Source: Eledone cirrhosa | Lineage: Eukaryota | Direction: 5' to 3' | DNA: 64,000 nucleotides | NCBI GenBank assembly: GCA_964016885.1 | Contig: OZ024740.1 | Span: 327,236,001 to 327,300,000 of the forward strand | In this document: positions 40,890 to 53,206 of the stretch, in pieces | How the letters are laid out: each line of letters opens with the position of its first letter | Position numbering within the stretch: the stretch's first letter is position 1 | The notes under the pieces: model-generated | What the model was told of the DNA's origin: nothing | The model's input: the letters and a program-made list of their open reading frames with translations, nothing else | The model's database searches: none | Translations under genes and position numbers: made by a program

Positions 40890-41075
40890 GATGATATGAA
40901 CTGAACTACTTGTGAAATTACCGAGCAAATGGCTTAGCATTCCACAGAAATGTGTACCCTTAACGTAGCTCTCAGGGAGATTCCGCGTGAAACATAATGT
41001 GACAAGGCTGGCCCTCTGAATTGTAGGTAAAACTCTATTTTGTCAGCTGAGTGGACTGGAGCAACATGAAATAAA
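40890..41075 (-). mobile_element. SINE fragment (family of 23010-23305)
   Basis: Shared CCCTTAACGTAG...GACAAGGCTGGCCC...TCAGCTGAGTGGACTGGAGCAA. Confidence 0.75.
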
Positions 41076-41239
41076 GCGTGTGCGTGTGTGTGGTTTTGCA
41101 GGTGATCAGGTGGTGATTATATAACATTTAATCGGAGATTCATCCTTAATCCACCAGTTGTCCACAATATGTGATTGTAAACATAAGTGTGTGTTCATTT
41201 TGTCATTCGAAAGTCATGGTGTACACTCACTCCAACAGA

Positions 41240-41535
41240 TGATAGATGTATTGTGTAGCGATTATCGTTAATAAAAAATCGGATAATAAATGTCTGCACT
41301 TCTTTGGTTTGGCAATAAGGTAAACTTCATTTCACTGTTCTTGATTTATAGAGCATTGGCGTGACTGCCACTCTATAACTTGGAACATTTCTGATAAAGA
41401 ACCGCCATATTTCAATGGCTTATGTAATTGCAGATACTGCATCTCTGAGATACTGCACTTCATTAAGAAACGGACTATCTCTATCAACAGGAAATCCGAA
41501 CTAATCCCCAGCTGTCTTCACACACTAACACGTCA
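41240..41535 (+). pseudogene. Relic C-terminus of a second, divergent PLE GIY-YIG
   Basis: 41375-41530 translates ITWNISDKEPPYFNGLCNCRYCISEILHFIKKRTISINRKSELIPSCLH, colinear with the end of ORF 41678-43330. Confidence 0.7.
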
Positions 41536-41677
41536 AAACATACTTCAACAGAATATATAGAAACACAGTGTTGTCATTCACATACGATATCATTTCTTTC
41601 CAGTAGCAGGGTAGTATGGTTATTTTGTGAAGTTTTGTCCAATTAATGTTCAGTTAATATTGAATACTGTCCTTTGA

Positions 41678-43330
41678 ATGGTATGTAACACTTTTCCTAT
41701 CTGCGCCACCTGCTGGTGCCTTTCTATACATTCCTCCATTTCGCCTTCACTTCTCAATAATGCTCTATCTTTCGCACTTAAATATTCTGACATCACCACA
41801 GATGAACTTCACATCATCCTCACCGCACGTAAAACCATCCTAGAGTTCAACAACGAATATTGGACCAGAGCCGATACCACTAACAACTTCGACATCACAA
41901 TGGGAGCATCCGATTCATCCCAATTGACTGATTTAATTGGTATCTTCATTTTGAACTCTTTGAGTCGGAAAATTCCTCAACTTCGCGGTGGAATTTATCG
42001 TGACGATGGACTCTTTACTATCCTAAATTGCAATATAGTTAAACTTAATATTATTAAGAACAATATACGTAATCTCTTTAACCAACATAACCTAAAAATT
42101 GAATTTGATAATAGTATCAAACTAGCTAATTTCTTGGATGTATCTCTTAATCTTGACACTGGCCTATATTACCCTTACCATAAAAACAATGAGAACCTTA
42201 ATTATGTTAACTTTAAATCTAACCATCCTACCAATATCAAGAATGCTATAGTTAATAATATTGGAAATAGAATATCTAACATATCTTCTAATAAAAACAT
42301 CTTTGATGCTAACGCCAATTACTATAATAACGCACTTTCTAAAGCCGGCTATCCAGATAAAATCAAATATAATAAAGAAACAAATTCTAGGAAAACTTAC
42401 AGTAGAATAATTAATCATGACCATTCCAATAATTTTAATAAAAGACCTAGATACAAAAACATAATCTGGTATAATGCTCCTTTCTCCATCTCTATTAATA
42501 ACAATATTCCTAAATTATTTTTTAGTGCCTTAAATAAATGCTTCCCTCCCTCACATATCTATAGTAAAATATTTAACAAACACACCATCAAATTTTCGTA
42601 TTCTACATCCTCCAATATTTCCAACATCATCTCTAAACACAACAACAAAATATTAAATACTAAATCTCTTCCTTCCAATATTGAATTTCATAATAACAGT
42701 AATAGTACTCCCGACGTCATTGTAAACCCTAGGCTAACTTCTGTAAACCCAAATACAACGTCAAACACAACTTCGCTAAATGTTCATAATCCAACTCTAA
42801 ATCAAGAAACTATTATTCCTATTATTCCTATCGCAAACAACTTCTCCAATCCAATTCCTTCTATAGATAACACTAGATCACTCATTAATAATCTCTCTAA
42901 TTGCAACTGCCGCATTAAAAATAAATGTCCTCTCAACAACCATTGCCTCGATAAAAACTTAATTTATGAATGTAAAATTATAACTAGCACCAATTCCTTC
43001 ACCTATTTTGGCTCCACTTCCACCTCTTTTAAAGCTCGTCTCTATAATCATCATTCATCTTTCAAATACAAACTTAAAAGAACTAACACTGCTCTCTCAG
43101 AACTCATATGGTCCTTAAAAGACAAAAACATTAAATATACCATCTTTTGGAAGAAGATTTCTTCTGCATCCTCATACTTGAACAGCTCTCTATCTAAAAT
43201 CTGTAATCTCTGCCTAAATGAAAAATTTACCATTATCTCTAACCTAGATTCTATAATAAATAGACGCTCAGATTTGTTTTCTATCTGCCTGCATAAATTC
43301 CATAGAACTTTTCACAAAGTATACAGTTAA
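41678..43330 (+). CDS. 5'-truncated Penelope-like RT + GIY-YIG ORF (Hydra-clade-like); homology starts near 41720
   Basis: ITMGASDS, GIYRDDG, NFLDV, SNHP, CNCRIKNKC (CxCx5C), LIY..YFGST..FKARLYNH, CNLCLNEK; uninterrupted frame. Confidence 0.9.
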   Translation: MVCNTFPICATCWCLSIHSSISPSLLNNALSFALKYSDITTDELHIILTARKTILEFNNEYWTRADTTNNFDITMGASDSSQLTDLIGIFILNSLSRKIPQLRGGIYRDDGLFTILNCNIVKLNIIKNNIRNLFNQHNLKIEFDNSIKLANFLDVSLNLDTGLYYPYHKNNENLNYVNFKSNHPTNIKNAIVNNIGNRISNISSNKNIFDANANYYNNALSKAGYPDKIKYNKETNSRKTYSRIINHDHSNNFNKRPRYKNIIWYNAPFSISINNNIPKLFFSALNKCFPPSHIYSKIFNKHTIKFSYSTSSNISNIISKHNNKILNTKSLPSNIEFHNNSNSTPDVIVNPRLTSVNPNTTSNTTSLNVHNPTLNQETIIPIIPIANNFSNPIPSIDNTRSLINNLSNCNCRIKNKCPLNNHCLDKNLIYECKIITSTNSFTYFGSTSTSFKARLYNHHSSFKYKLKRTNTALSELIWSLKDKNIKYTIFWKKISSASSYLNSSLSKICNLCLNEKFTIISNLDSIINRRSDLFSICLHKFHRTFHKVYS

Positions 43331-44523
43331 TATTCAATTCTTTATCAATTTAGAATCTTTTCTCAAAGGCACATATACATACACCTCTTTAAAATATACC
43401 CATCTACCTTACTTTAAAGGGCATTATACACTCTATAATACTCGTTTACTCATTACCCTCATTCTATCTTCTCGTAAAATAATAACATTTGTTTTTGACA
43501 TTTTGAATATTCATCCGCAATCATTATTATTTTTTCTCTCTATCATAAATCTTTTTAATCTCAATTTCATCCTTAATTTATTATTATTTTTTTCTCCCCA
43601 TCAACGAACTCATTATTAATACATATTAACTCTTTATTCGCACATAGTATCAATTCAATATACAAACTTTAACTTCACATTATTTTTCTCAAATCCTTCT
43701 ACACACAAACCTTAACAATTTTTCTCTTCGCTAATTTTGAAATTGCCACAATACATACATTTCTTCTTTTGACGTTAGAATATTCACCCACAATTATTAT
43801 TTTTTTCTCTCTATCTTCATACATAATTTCCCTTCGTTAATTTTCAAATTCCTTTAATTTATACATTATCTTCCAACGGTTCCCAACCTCTCTATATTAA
43901 AACAATATATCTTTTTCTCAGTTATAAAATCTATCTCTTTCTCTCTATCACCCATCTCTCCCTCTCCACCTTCACTCTCATCTCCTCCCCCTTTTTTTCA
44001 TCCTTTCCACCCCCCCCCTCCCTAAATAAAATATTTTTTCCTCGCACATATCCTCCCTTCGTTAATTTTCAAAATTTTTAATTTATACAGTATCTTCCAA
44101 CGGTTTTCAACCCCTCTATGTAAAAAATATATCTCCTCTCAGTTATAAAAACTATCTCTTTCTCTCTATCACGCATCTCTCCCTCTCATCTCCTTCCCTT
44201 TTCATCCTCCCCCCCCTCTCTAAATAAAATATTTTTCCCAATATCACACATCAATCTAAAACCACTTTTCATATGTTGATTTAAAACTGCACTATCCACA
44301 AGTGTTTTTTAGCCTTCATATCATGTTCTCCTGTTTTATCTGATGAAAACACAAATATTATTGCTTGATGATGTTTGTTTTTGAAATGCGCATAATAAAA
44401 TATATGGAACTCCTTTAACCATCTTTTGATCTTATATTATGCATACTCCAGTCCCACAAACTGTAGAGTGCTTCTTATCCGATATCTGCATTGCTTTATT
44501 GTACTACAATAAAACTCACCTCC

Positions 44524-44527
<4 letters not shown>
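43331..44527 (+). mobile_element. Long PLE 3' UTR with internal tandem duplications and the family G pLTR
   Basis: 43829-44040 is repeated at 44056-44238; 43493-43542 at 43767-43813; ends in (TA)n. Confidence 0.8.
44334..44400 (+). ncRNA. Type I hammerhead ribozyme (family G) in the PLE 3' UTR
   Basis: TTTTAT-CTGATGA-stem II-GAA-ATGCGCAT-A-ATAAAA. Confidence 0.85.
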
Positions 44528-44577
<50 letters not shown>

Positions 44578-44582
44578 ATTAT

Positions 44583-44692
44583 AAAATCCCGCCGAGGTTA
44601 ACTTTGCCTTTCATCCTTACGGGGTCGATAAAATAAAGTACCAGTAATACACTGGGTAATTGCTGGCCTTGTGCCTAACGTAGACACAATTA
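44583..44692 (+). mobile_element. 5'-truncated Nin-like SINE
   Basis: From the end of the B box through the tail. Confidence 0.8.
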
Positions 44693-44794
44693 TATATATG
44701 TGTATAATTGTAACAAACACTGTATTATATATATATATATATATAGTGTTAGTTACAATTATATATATATATATATATATATAGTGTTAGTTAC

Positions 44795-44834
<40 letters not shown>

Positions 44835-45032
44835 GCGTAGTGCTGGAAAAATGTGGCATTTGTTACGTCCCTTTACGTTCCTAAACGAAATTTTGTCTTT
44901 CATCATTCTTGAGGGGATACAGTTTCAGTGAAGCACTGGGGTTCGTTGAATTCGACTTATCTTCCTCGCCACACACACACACACACATACACAATAACTT
45001 AAGCACACACATGTGTATATATATATATAAAT

Positions 45033-45166
45033 AATGGTGTGATCATGCGCAAAGATGCCATAAAACAGGGAAATTGCCATCGTCAACTTCTTTTTCCGTC
45101 TTTAAGGGCCTCCACCCTATTTTTTAGCTATATTGTGGCATCTCCGCGCATGAACACACCATTTTT
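45033..45166. repeat. Short fold-back element in (TA)n
   Basis: AATGGTGTGATCATGCGC..GATGCCA / TGGCATC..GCGCATGAACACACCATT; a related arm lies at 53662-53700. Confidence 0.6.
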
Positions 45167-45530
45167 ATATTAACTTTATCCCCTCACCGATTTGTGGGAA
45201 TCAGAGGGATTGATTATATAATATATATATATATAATATGTATATATACAAATTACTGGTCTTGTGCCTCAATTAGAAAACACAATTTCGAAAATATGAA
45301 AAAGCGTAAACGAAGAAGAAAGTATAAACATTTCAGAATCTGAAGTATTTTAGTTGATGTATGTGTGTATATGCACACATGCGAGTATATCTGCATTTAT
45401 AGACATTTATATATTGTATAAATGTGTTTTGTTGTTGCTTTTTCATACAATGCGTCACAATCTCTACCAGTTGGTAGATATTAGTTGAAGTACACTTACA
45501 ATTATCGAAGTTTTATATTATGTACACACG

Positions 45531-45608
<78 letters not shown>

Positions 45609-45682
45609 GGAAAAATTTGAACAGGAACAAAACAGAGAGGCAGTACAACGAATGTTTATTAATTTCACGCTCTGGAGAGTGG

Positions 45683-45729
<47 letters not shown>

Positions 45730-45803
45730 CCCATTTTGACGCTATAGTCACATATATTATGGAATACTGTTGGCTTTTCGCTACAATGTTTTCTATACCT
45801 TTC

Positions 45804-45880
<77 letters not shown>

Positions 45881-45924
45881 CTTTATGTATATATATACAT
45901 ACATATATATATCCATATATATGT

Positions 45925-46504
45925 ATGGAATAGAATGAAACGAAATTTCATTTCTCACTCTTAGTACGCCATTTACTTAAATGCAAGTTTCTGTATGTAT
46001 ACGTACATACATATATGTATACAGACGTACAGTAGTATGTATATATATACATACATACTTATATATATATATATAGATATAGATATATATCGTTTTCGGT
46101 GCACCCGGCCGATTAACCCACTCGATATGCAAATTGGGCTACTCAGCCGTTAATATACATGAGGTAAGTATATACGTTCAACAATCTGGCAGGAAGGTAT
46201 ACGTTGCTGACGATAGCTAATAAGCTTGAAACTAGTACAGCGTTCCTTTGTCAGTGTTGAACAAACGAGCAACGTTGGTTGTTAGACGCTACGGCTTAAT
46301 ACGGGATGTTTGTTTACAAACACACCGAGTATTATAATAAATGTTCGGTGAATCCACACGTACATATATATATGTGTGCATGTATGTATATATATATACA
46401 TACTATTGTACGTCTGTATACATATATGTATGTACGTGTACATACTTATATTTAAGTAACAGCCGTACTAAGAGTGGGAAATGAAATTTCGTTTCATTTT
46501 TTCC

Positions 46505-46508
<4 letters not shown>
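45925..46508 (+). mobile_element. Family A element: inverted 3' piece plus one complete ~420 nt unit (46089-46508)
   Basis: Homologous to 2100-2720; in (TA)n. Confidence 0.85.
46201..46243 (+). ncRNA. Type I minimal hammerhead ribozyme (family A)
   Basis: ACGTTG-CTGACGA-TAGCTAATAAGCTT-GAA-ACTAGT-A-CAGCGT. Confidence 0.85.
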
Positions 46509-46543
<35 letters not shown>

Positions 46544-46568
46544 CGTAATAAACAACATAAGATAATTA

Positions 46569-46628
46569 TTTCATTTACCAGTGGTTTCTTAAAAGCAAAC
46601 AAATCTGCTTTCAGTCATCAGAATGAAA
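46569..46628 (-). ncRNA. Type I hammerhead ribozyme (family H)
   Basis: TTTCATT-CTGATGA-CT-GAAAGCAGA(TTTG)TTTGCTTTT-AA-GAA-ACCACTGGT-A-AATGAAA. Confidence 0.82.
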
Positions 46629-46675
46629 AAGTCCTGGTGTTTTTATTGAAAGTGGATTTGAAAACACCAGGATTT

Positions 46676-46735
46676 TTTCATTCTGATGACTGAAAGCAGA
46701 TTTGTTTGCTTTCAAGAAACCACTGGTAAATGAAA
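46676..46735 (+). ncRNA. Type I hammerhead ribozyme (family H)
   Basis: Same fold; 7 bp stem I, GUA triplet. Confidence 0.85.
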
Positions 46736-46828
46736 TAATTATCTTATGTTGTTTATTACGTAACTAATAAGCTCTGTAACCTACATAGAGCACTCTATTC
46801 TCCTTTACCTTTCCGACGGAATTACTTC

Positions 46829-46880
<52 letters not shown>

Positions 46881-46998
46881 GTAGAACACTGGAAGGTAAT
46901 ATCCGTAGTGGTAGAGCACTCAGGCCATGGGACGAGTCTGGTAGAAGTAATGGGCATGGTTATACGGAACAGCCTGTTCCGTATAACCATGCCCATTA

Positions 46999-47036
46999 CG
47001 AGCTGAGGATCCGCTAAGGTAAAACAATTGTTCTCG
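46999..47036 (+). ncRNA. Degenerate minimal hammerhead (family L; G12>A)
   Basis: CGAG-CTGAGGA-T-CC(GCTAA)GG-T-AAA-ACAATTGT-T-CTCG, downstream of a 25 bp-arm hairpin (46947-46999). Confidence 0.55.
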
Positions 47037-47091
47037 GTATGGTGAACTAACTGTTGTGTAACCACTTTTATATATATATATATATATATAT

Positions 47092-47283
47092 AGGAACAAG
47101 TAAGACCCCGACGGCTGAGCTCAAGCCGTTTCGACGTCTAATTCTGGACTCAGAATTAGCCGTCGAAACGGCTTGAGCTCAGCCGTCGGGGTCTTACTTG
47201 TTCCTATTACCCACTCTACTACCCTAAGTATTGAATACTTTGGTGCGTTATGGTACACCTGGTTCCTTACCACATTTCCTTCG

Positions 47284-47286
<3 letters not shown>
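47092..47286 (+). mobile_element. Fold-back element family I
   Basis: Palindrome centred in stem II; in (TA)n. Confidence 0.85.
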
Positions 47287-47333
<47 letters not shown>

Positions 47334-47699
47334 TGGTAGACACCCTCACACACACACCACATAGAGACGCAAATGAACACATCTATATATACATGTATAT
47401 ATGCGTGTGTTTGTTAGTGTACAATAGACAGAATTGAAGAAATCATTTAAGAATTCGCTTCCAGACATTCCTTTTATATCTAATTTACTTAGTAATTTGG
47501 TTTCTTATAATGTCAGGTAAAGCACGCGAAGCACACAACACACATATAATACATTTGGCCTAAGTCTGATAGAAAGAAGTGTTGCTACTATTGTTATCAA
47601 CTGACAGCGCGAAATCTTTTAATGTGAAAGGAAACCCTTCACCGAAAATTTCAGCTGATTGATTTACTGATCCTTCAATTAACGTTTGCACTACTGATT

Positions 47700-49528
47700 G
47701 TTACTGCTGCTAAAGGTTATAGAGGTGGTGGTGGTGGTGGTGGTGGTGCTGGTGGTTGTAGGGGGACATGGAGATGGGGGGGATTTGAGGGCGGTGTTGG
47801 TGTTGGTGGTTGTGCTGGTCTTCTTGTTGCTGCTACTAGGGGTGGTGGTAGGGGGGGGGGTGATGTAGGGGGAAATGGAGATGGGGGGGATTTGAGGGCG
47901 GTGTTGGTGGTGGTAGTTGTGCTGGTCTTCTTGTTGCTGCTGCTAGAGGTTATAGAGGTGGTGGGTGGGGTGGGTGGACATGGATATGGGGGGGGGGGGT
48001 TGAGGGCGGTGTTGGTGGTGGTGGTTGTGCTGGTCTTCTTGTTGCTGCTGCTAGAGGTTATAGAGGTGGTGGGGGTGGGGTGTAGGGGAACATGGAGATG
48101 GGAGGGGGATTTGAGGGCGGTGTTGGTAGTTGTGCTGGTCTTCTTGCTGCTGCTACTAGAGGTTGTAGAAGTGGTGGTGGTGTTGGAGGTGTTGTTGTTG
48201 TTGGTGTTGGTGGTATTCTTGTTGATGGTGGTGGTGGTGGTGGTTGTGCTGGTCTTCTTGTTGTTGCCGGAGGTTACTGAGGTGGCGTTGGGGAAGGTTG
48301 TATGTGGAGGTGGTGGTGGTAGTGGTGGAGGTATGGTGGTGGTTGTGGTGGAGGTGGTGGAGGTGGTGGACGAGGTGGTAGGGGGAGGTGGTAATGTTTC
48401 TGGAGGTGCACGTGGTGATGATGGAGGTTGTGGTTGTGGTTATGGTGATGGTAGAGATTGTGGTTGTGGTGGTGGTGGTGGTGGTGATGGTGGTGGTTGT
48501 GGTTGTGGTGGTGGTGGTGGTGATGGTGGTGGTGGTGATGGTGGTGGTTGTGGTGGTGGTGGTGGTGATGGTGGAAGATGTTCTGGTCTTCTTGTTGTTG
48601 CCAGTGGTTACTGGGGTGGTCTTGGGTAGGTTGTAGGTGGTGGTGGTAGTGGTGGAGGTATGGTGGTGGTTGTGGTGGAGGTGGTGGAGGTGGTGGTTGT
48701 GGTGGAGGTGGTGGAGGTGGTGGACGAGGTGGTAGGGGGTGGTGGTAATGTTTCTGGTGGTGCATGTGGTGATGGTGGAGGTTGTGGTTGTGGTGATGGT
48801 GGTGGTGGTGGAGGTTGTGGTTGTGGTGGTGGTGATGGTAGAGATTGTGGTGGTGGTGGTGGTGATGGTGGTGGTTGTGGTGGTGGTGGTGGTGGAGGTT
48901 GTGGTTGTGGTGGTGGTGATGGTAGAGATTGTGGTTGTGGTTGTGGTGGTGGTGATGGTGGTGGTTGTGGTGGTGGTGGTGGTGGAGGTTGTGGTTGTGG
49001 TGGTGGTGATGGTAGAGATTGTGGTTGTGGTGGTGGTGGTGGTGGAGGTTGTGGTTGTGGTGGTGGTGAAAGATGTTCTGGTGTTCTTGTTGTTGCCAGT
49101 GGTTACTGAGGTGGTCTTGGGAAAGGTTGTATGTGGAGTTGGTGGTGTTGGTGGTGGAGGTGTGGTGGTGGTTGTGGTGGAGGTGGTAGGGGAGTTGGTG
49201 GTGTTGGTGGTGGTGCAGGTGTTGTTGTTATTGTAGTTGTTGACGGTGGTGGTGGTATTCTTGTTGATGTTGATTGTAGTGTTGGGGAAGTGGTGGTGGT
49301 TGTGGTTGAGATGGTGGAGGAGGTGGTGGTGTACTGGTCTTGTTGTTGTTGTTGTTAGACGTGGTGGTGGTGATGGAGGTCTCTATGTTTTTAGTGCTGT
49401 TGCTAGTTCTGGTTTTGTTTTAGTTGTTGTTGATGATGGTAGTGTTGGTTTTGTTGTTATTGTTGTTGTTGATGGTAGTGTTGGTTCTGTTGTTGTTGTT
49501 GTTGATGATGGTAGTGTTGGTTCTGTTC

Positions 49529-49566
<38 letters not shown>

Positions 49567-50215
49567 GATGATGGTAGTGTTGGTTTTGTTGTTGTTGTTG
49601 TTGATGGTAGTGTTGGTTCTGTTGTTGTTGTTGTTGTTGTTGATGGTAGTGTTGGTTCTGTTGTTGTTGTTGTTGATGATGGTAGTGTTGGTTCTGTTGT
49701 TGTTGTTGTTGTTGTTGATGATGGTAGTGTTTGATTCTGTTGTTGTTGTTGTTGATGATGGTAGTGTTGGTTCTGTTGTTGTTGTTGTTGTTGTTGTTGA
49801 TGTTACTGTTGGTTCTGTTGTTGTTGTTGTTGATGATGGTAGTGTTGGTTTTGTTGCTATTGTTGTTGTTGTTGTTGATGATGGTAGTGTTGGTTCTGTT
49901 GTTGTTGTTGTTGATGGTAGTGTTCGTTTTGTTGTTGTTGTTGTTGATGATGCGTGTGTTGGTTTTGTTGTTGTTGTTGTTGTTGTTGATAGTGATTTTG
50001 GTTTTGTTGCTAGTGGTAGTGTTGGTGCTGTTGTAGTTGTTGTTGTTGTTGTTGTTATTGTTTTCTTCTTCCTCTTCTTCTTCTTCTTGCTGGTGGTAGT
50101 TTGGGCGATGGAGTTGGTAATGGTGTTGTTAATAGGAATGGTAGAGTTGTTGCTTCCATTTGTGGTGGTGGTGGTGGTGGTGGTGGTGGTGGTGGTGGTG
50201 TGGAGCTGGTGTTGT
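47700..50215. repeat. Complex (GGT)n/(GTT)n-based minisatellite arrays
   Basis: Three successive unit types, e.g. TTGAGGGCGGTGTTGGTG..GTGCTGGTCTTCTTG and GATGGTAGTGTTGGTTCTGTT(GTT)n. Confidence 0.9.
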
Positions 50216-50582
50216 TAGCATTGTGTTTCTTCCGTTCATCTATGCTTAATCATTTCCTATGACACAATGGTGACTAGTCAAGCGTTTAAAAGTAAGAACT
50301 TTATCTGTTTGTTTTGTACCAATGCAAGAATACCGACCAACAGTTATATATGGGATTATACAGCATACTTTTACCACCAAACAGTGTTTCATTGTGTATT
50401 TTTGTGCGGTGTGGGATTGTGTAGGATGCAGTGTGGCATCTAATTTACCATCTTGACGCTTCTTATACCGAATGTTCTTCCTCAATCACAATCTCTAATA
50501 TAATAATAAGACAAATGATTACACACACATGTACACCAGGTCCGAATACAAAGGAACCAAACTCCAGCCTTCCTCGTAATTA

Positions 50583-50770
50583 TGGTTTCTGATTTAGGTA
50601 CAAAGCCAGGAATTTGAGGTGGTGGTGGGGGGTCAATTAAATCGACCTCAGAGCGTAACTGGTACTTTATTTTATCGACCCCATAAGGATGAAAGCCAAA
50701 CCTAACCTCGGCGGGATTTCAACTCAGATCGTAAAGGGCCATAACTCTATGCTGTGAAGCATTTTCAGTG
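50583..50770 (-). mobile_element. Nin-like SINE variant
   Basis: CTGGTACTTTATTTTATCGACCCC..GGATGAAAG..CTCGGCGGGATTTCAACTCAG. Confidence 0.75.
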
Positions 50771-50785
50771 TATTTTCGGACAGCT

Positions 50786-50828
<43 letters not shown>

Positions 50829-51100
50829 GTCCCAGTTATTTACATACATCTGCTTCTCCTCGTGTTCCCCCTTTTTCGGTATGTTCTCTGCGTTTTTTTC
50901 CCCTTCTGTTTAATTTTTTTTCTCTCTCCTTTTTTCGTTCCCCAATTACTTTCGCAAGTTATTGACGCTCTGGAGTTAGACATATTATCTTTAATGCGTT
51001 GAAATGTCCGTGGTCTCCAGCAGACAACTAAAGAAGGGATTGTCCCCGTTTGTGCTTTCCTTTAACTTCTCTCTCTCCCTCTCTTTCTCTATCTCATTCT

Positions 51101-51172
<72 letters not shown>

Positions 51173-51200
51173 TTATGTAATAAACAACATAAGATAATTA

Positions 51201-51260
51201 TTTCATTTACCAGTGGTTTCTTGAAAGCAAACAAATCTGCTTTCAGTCGTCAGAATGAAA
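51201..51260 (-). ncRNA. Type I hammerhead ribozyme (family H)
   Basis: As 46569-46628, with CTGACGA; left arm of fold-back element 51170-51449. Confidence 0.85.
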
Positions 51261-51291
51261 AAATCCACATTCAATAAAAACACCAGGATTT

Positions 51292-51351
51292 TTTCATTCT
51301 GACGACTGAAAGCAGATTTGTTTGCTTTCAAGAAACCACTGGTAAATGAAA
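51292..51351 (+). ncRNA. Type I hammerhead ribozyme (family H)
   Basis: TTTCATT-CTGACGA-stem II-GAA-ACCACTGGT-A-AATGAAA. Confidence 0.85.
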
Positions 51352-51448
51352 TAATTATCTTATGTTGTTTATTACATAACTAATAAGCTCTGTAACCTAC
51401 ATAGTGCACTCTTTTTTCCTGGACCTTTCCGACGGAATTACTTCATTC

Positions 51449-51551
<103 letters not shown>

Positions 51552-51659
51552 GTATATATATATATATATATATACGTATATATATATATATATATATATA
51601 TACGTATATATATATATATATTGTACAAATTTGGTATAAATATCCAAGGGTAAGAGCAC

Positions 51660-52000
51660 ACAGTCCTTAGTGCGAGTCAAGTATGATTTGTTACAACAGG
51701 TATGTAGGAGAATTGGGAAGCATCGGGGAAGTACGGTCTTGTTAAAATGAACGTCAATGGATTGCACCTTCTACACGTCAGCACGGAATTCAACGGGCTC
51801 CTTTTCCCACCAGAAGGACGCCCATAAGGTTACTTGGATTGCCCAAAGTTCCAAACATGTGCATATTCTTTATTATGTTATCCATCAGGATGTTTGCATT
51901 ATCCAGGTTATGCGTAGTGCTGATTATCGGACAGACGTGCTCTAGTACGTGGCAAAATGAAATTAAACATCAAACGTAAAATAAGATCTCTCGTCGTTTA
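51660..52000 (+). pseudogene. Decayed RTE APE-endonuclease fragment
   Basis: [51 protein letters not shown]. Confidence 0.7.
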
Positions 52001-52267
52001 AACTAGTCGAGATTGCATGGCCCGGCGGTTCAATAGTGTCTTTTAAAGCTGGAGAGATGGCCTTCTCATAACGACGTATTTCTGCGTTCACAGATTGATT
52101 TTTTTTAGTTTCAGAAGATCCCGTTATGGTTGAAAGCACCGATTCTTTGCTTAAACTTTAATCTGTTATTTTAATAAATATTTGCGCTAGAGTTCTTATA
52201 TATTTGATATATATTTATCCTTATCGAGCCCTCTTTGGATTTTAGTCTTCACATTTATTATTATTAC

Positions 52268-52299
<32 letters not shown>

Positions 52300-52364
52300 G
52301 TAGTAGTAGTAGTAGTATTATTACTATATATATATATATAGATATATATATATATATAGATATA

Positions 52365-53137
52365 TAGGAATAGGTATGACCCTTTCTTTTTAGGAGACGG
52401 CAGAGCTCAAGCCGTTTCGACGGCTATTTCTGGACTAAATTAGAATTTTTAGCCTGGTAAATAAATAGCCGAACTTATCAATGGGTACTTCCTTATATGG
52501 GAAGATTGTAGTTAACAAGTGGATTGGTAAAAAATGTGTTGTAAACATAAATAAATCTATCATGGCATTTGGTGGGAGGTAGGGGTGGCTGAACTTGCCT
52601 GTAGAACAATGAGGGAGTGAGTAAAGCCAGTCAGGCGTTGAAATTGAAATCTATGCACCAGATTCTAAGGATAGTGTATGAAAAGTCGAAAGGTTGTTCT
52701 GGAGAAGAGGAGGAGGGGAGTTTAAAGAATAGGTAAGTCAAGTGGGAGTAGGAGACAATGAAAATAAAAAATATATATTTATAAAAAATTAGATAGTGAG
52801 AAATGAATGAAAAAAAATCCAGTAGAGTCTAGAAACAACTGCTATGATTAGTAGGTGTTGCTTGTACGGCAAAGTTATAGAAAAGTTTAATAAGTTGAGA
52901 ATGGAAAATACTAAATAGGAAATTATAGAAGTGGTAGTGAAAAATCTAATGCAAACTTTTCAGGGGGTCTAACACAGATGCTATAAATTGTTAGTAGAGC
53001 GTATTCCGCCAATGCTATCATACAATTACAAGTTAATAAGTAGAGAATACCTTTTCCTATTACCCACTCTATTACCCTAAGTATTGAGTACTCTGGTGCG
53101 TTATGGTCCATCTGGTTCCTGACCACAATTCCTTCGT

Positions 53138-53140
<3 letters not shown>
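52365..53140. mobile_element. Longest family I copy; contains a complete but degenerate hammerhead at 52396-52486(-)
   Basis: ACCCA-TTGATAA-GTT-CGGCTATTT...AAATAGCCG-TC-GAA-ACGGC(TTGAGCTCT)GCCGT-C; family 3' end at 53055-53140. Confidence 0.7.
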
Positions 53141-53202
<62 letters not shown>

Positions 53203-53206
53203 TGTA

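Larger units (their letters stand above)
46539..46832 (+). mobile_element. Fold-back element family H
   Basis: 46539-46643 is inverted at 46661-46766; sister copy at 51170-51449; in (TA)n. Confidence 0.88.

Noticed and set aside
41703-41716. CTCF-like motif GCGCCACCTGCTGG at the PLE 5' junction
   Set aside because: A single short match in 64 kb cannot be distinguished from chance without ChIP or conservation data.
52075-52180. CAGAAGA-TCCC..GG-TGAAAGC motif shared with 11384-11480
   Set aside because: The repeat family is real, but the core (CAGA) and cleavage site deviate in both copies; not supportable as a ribozyme.
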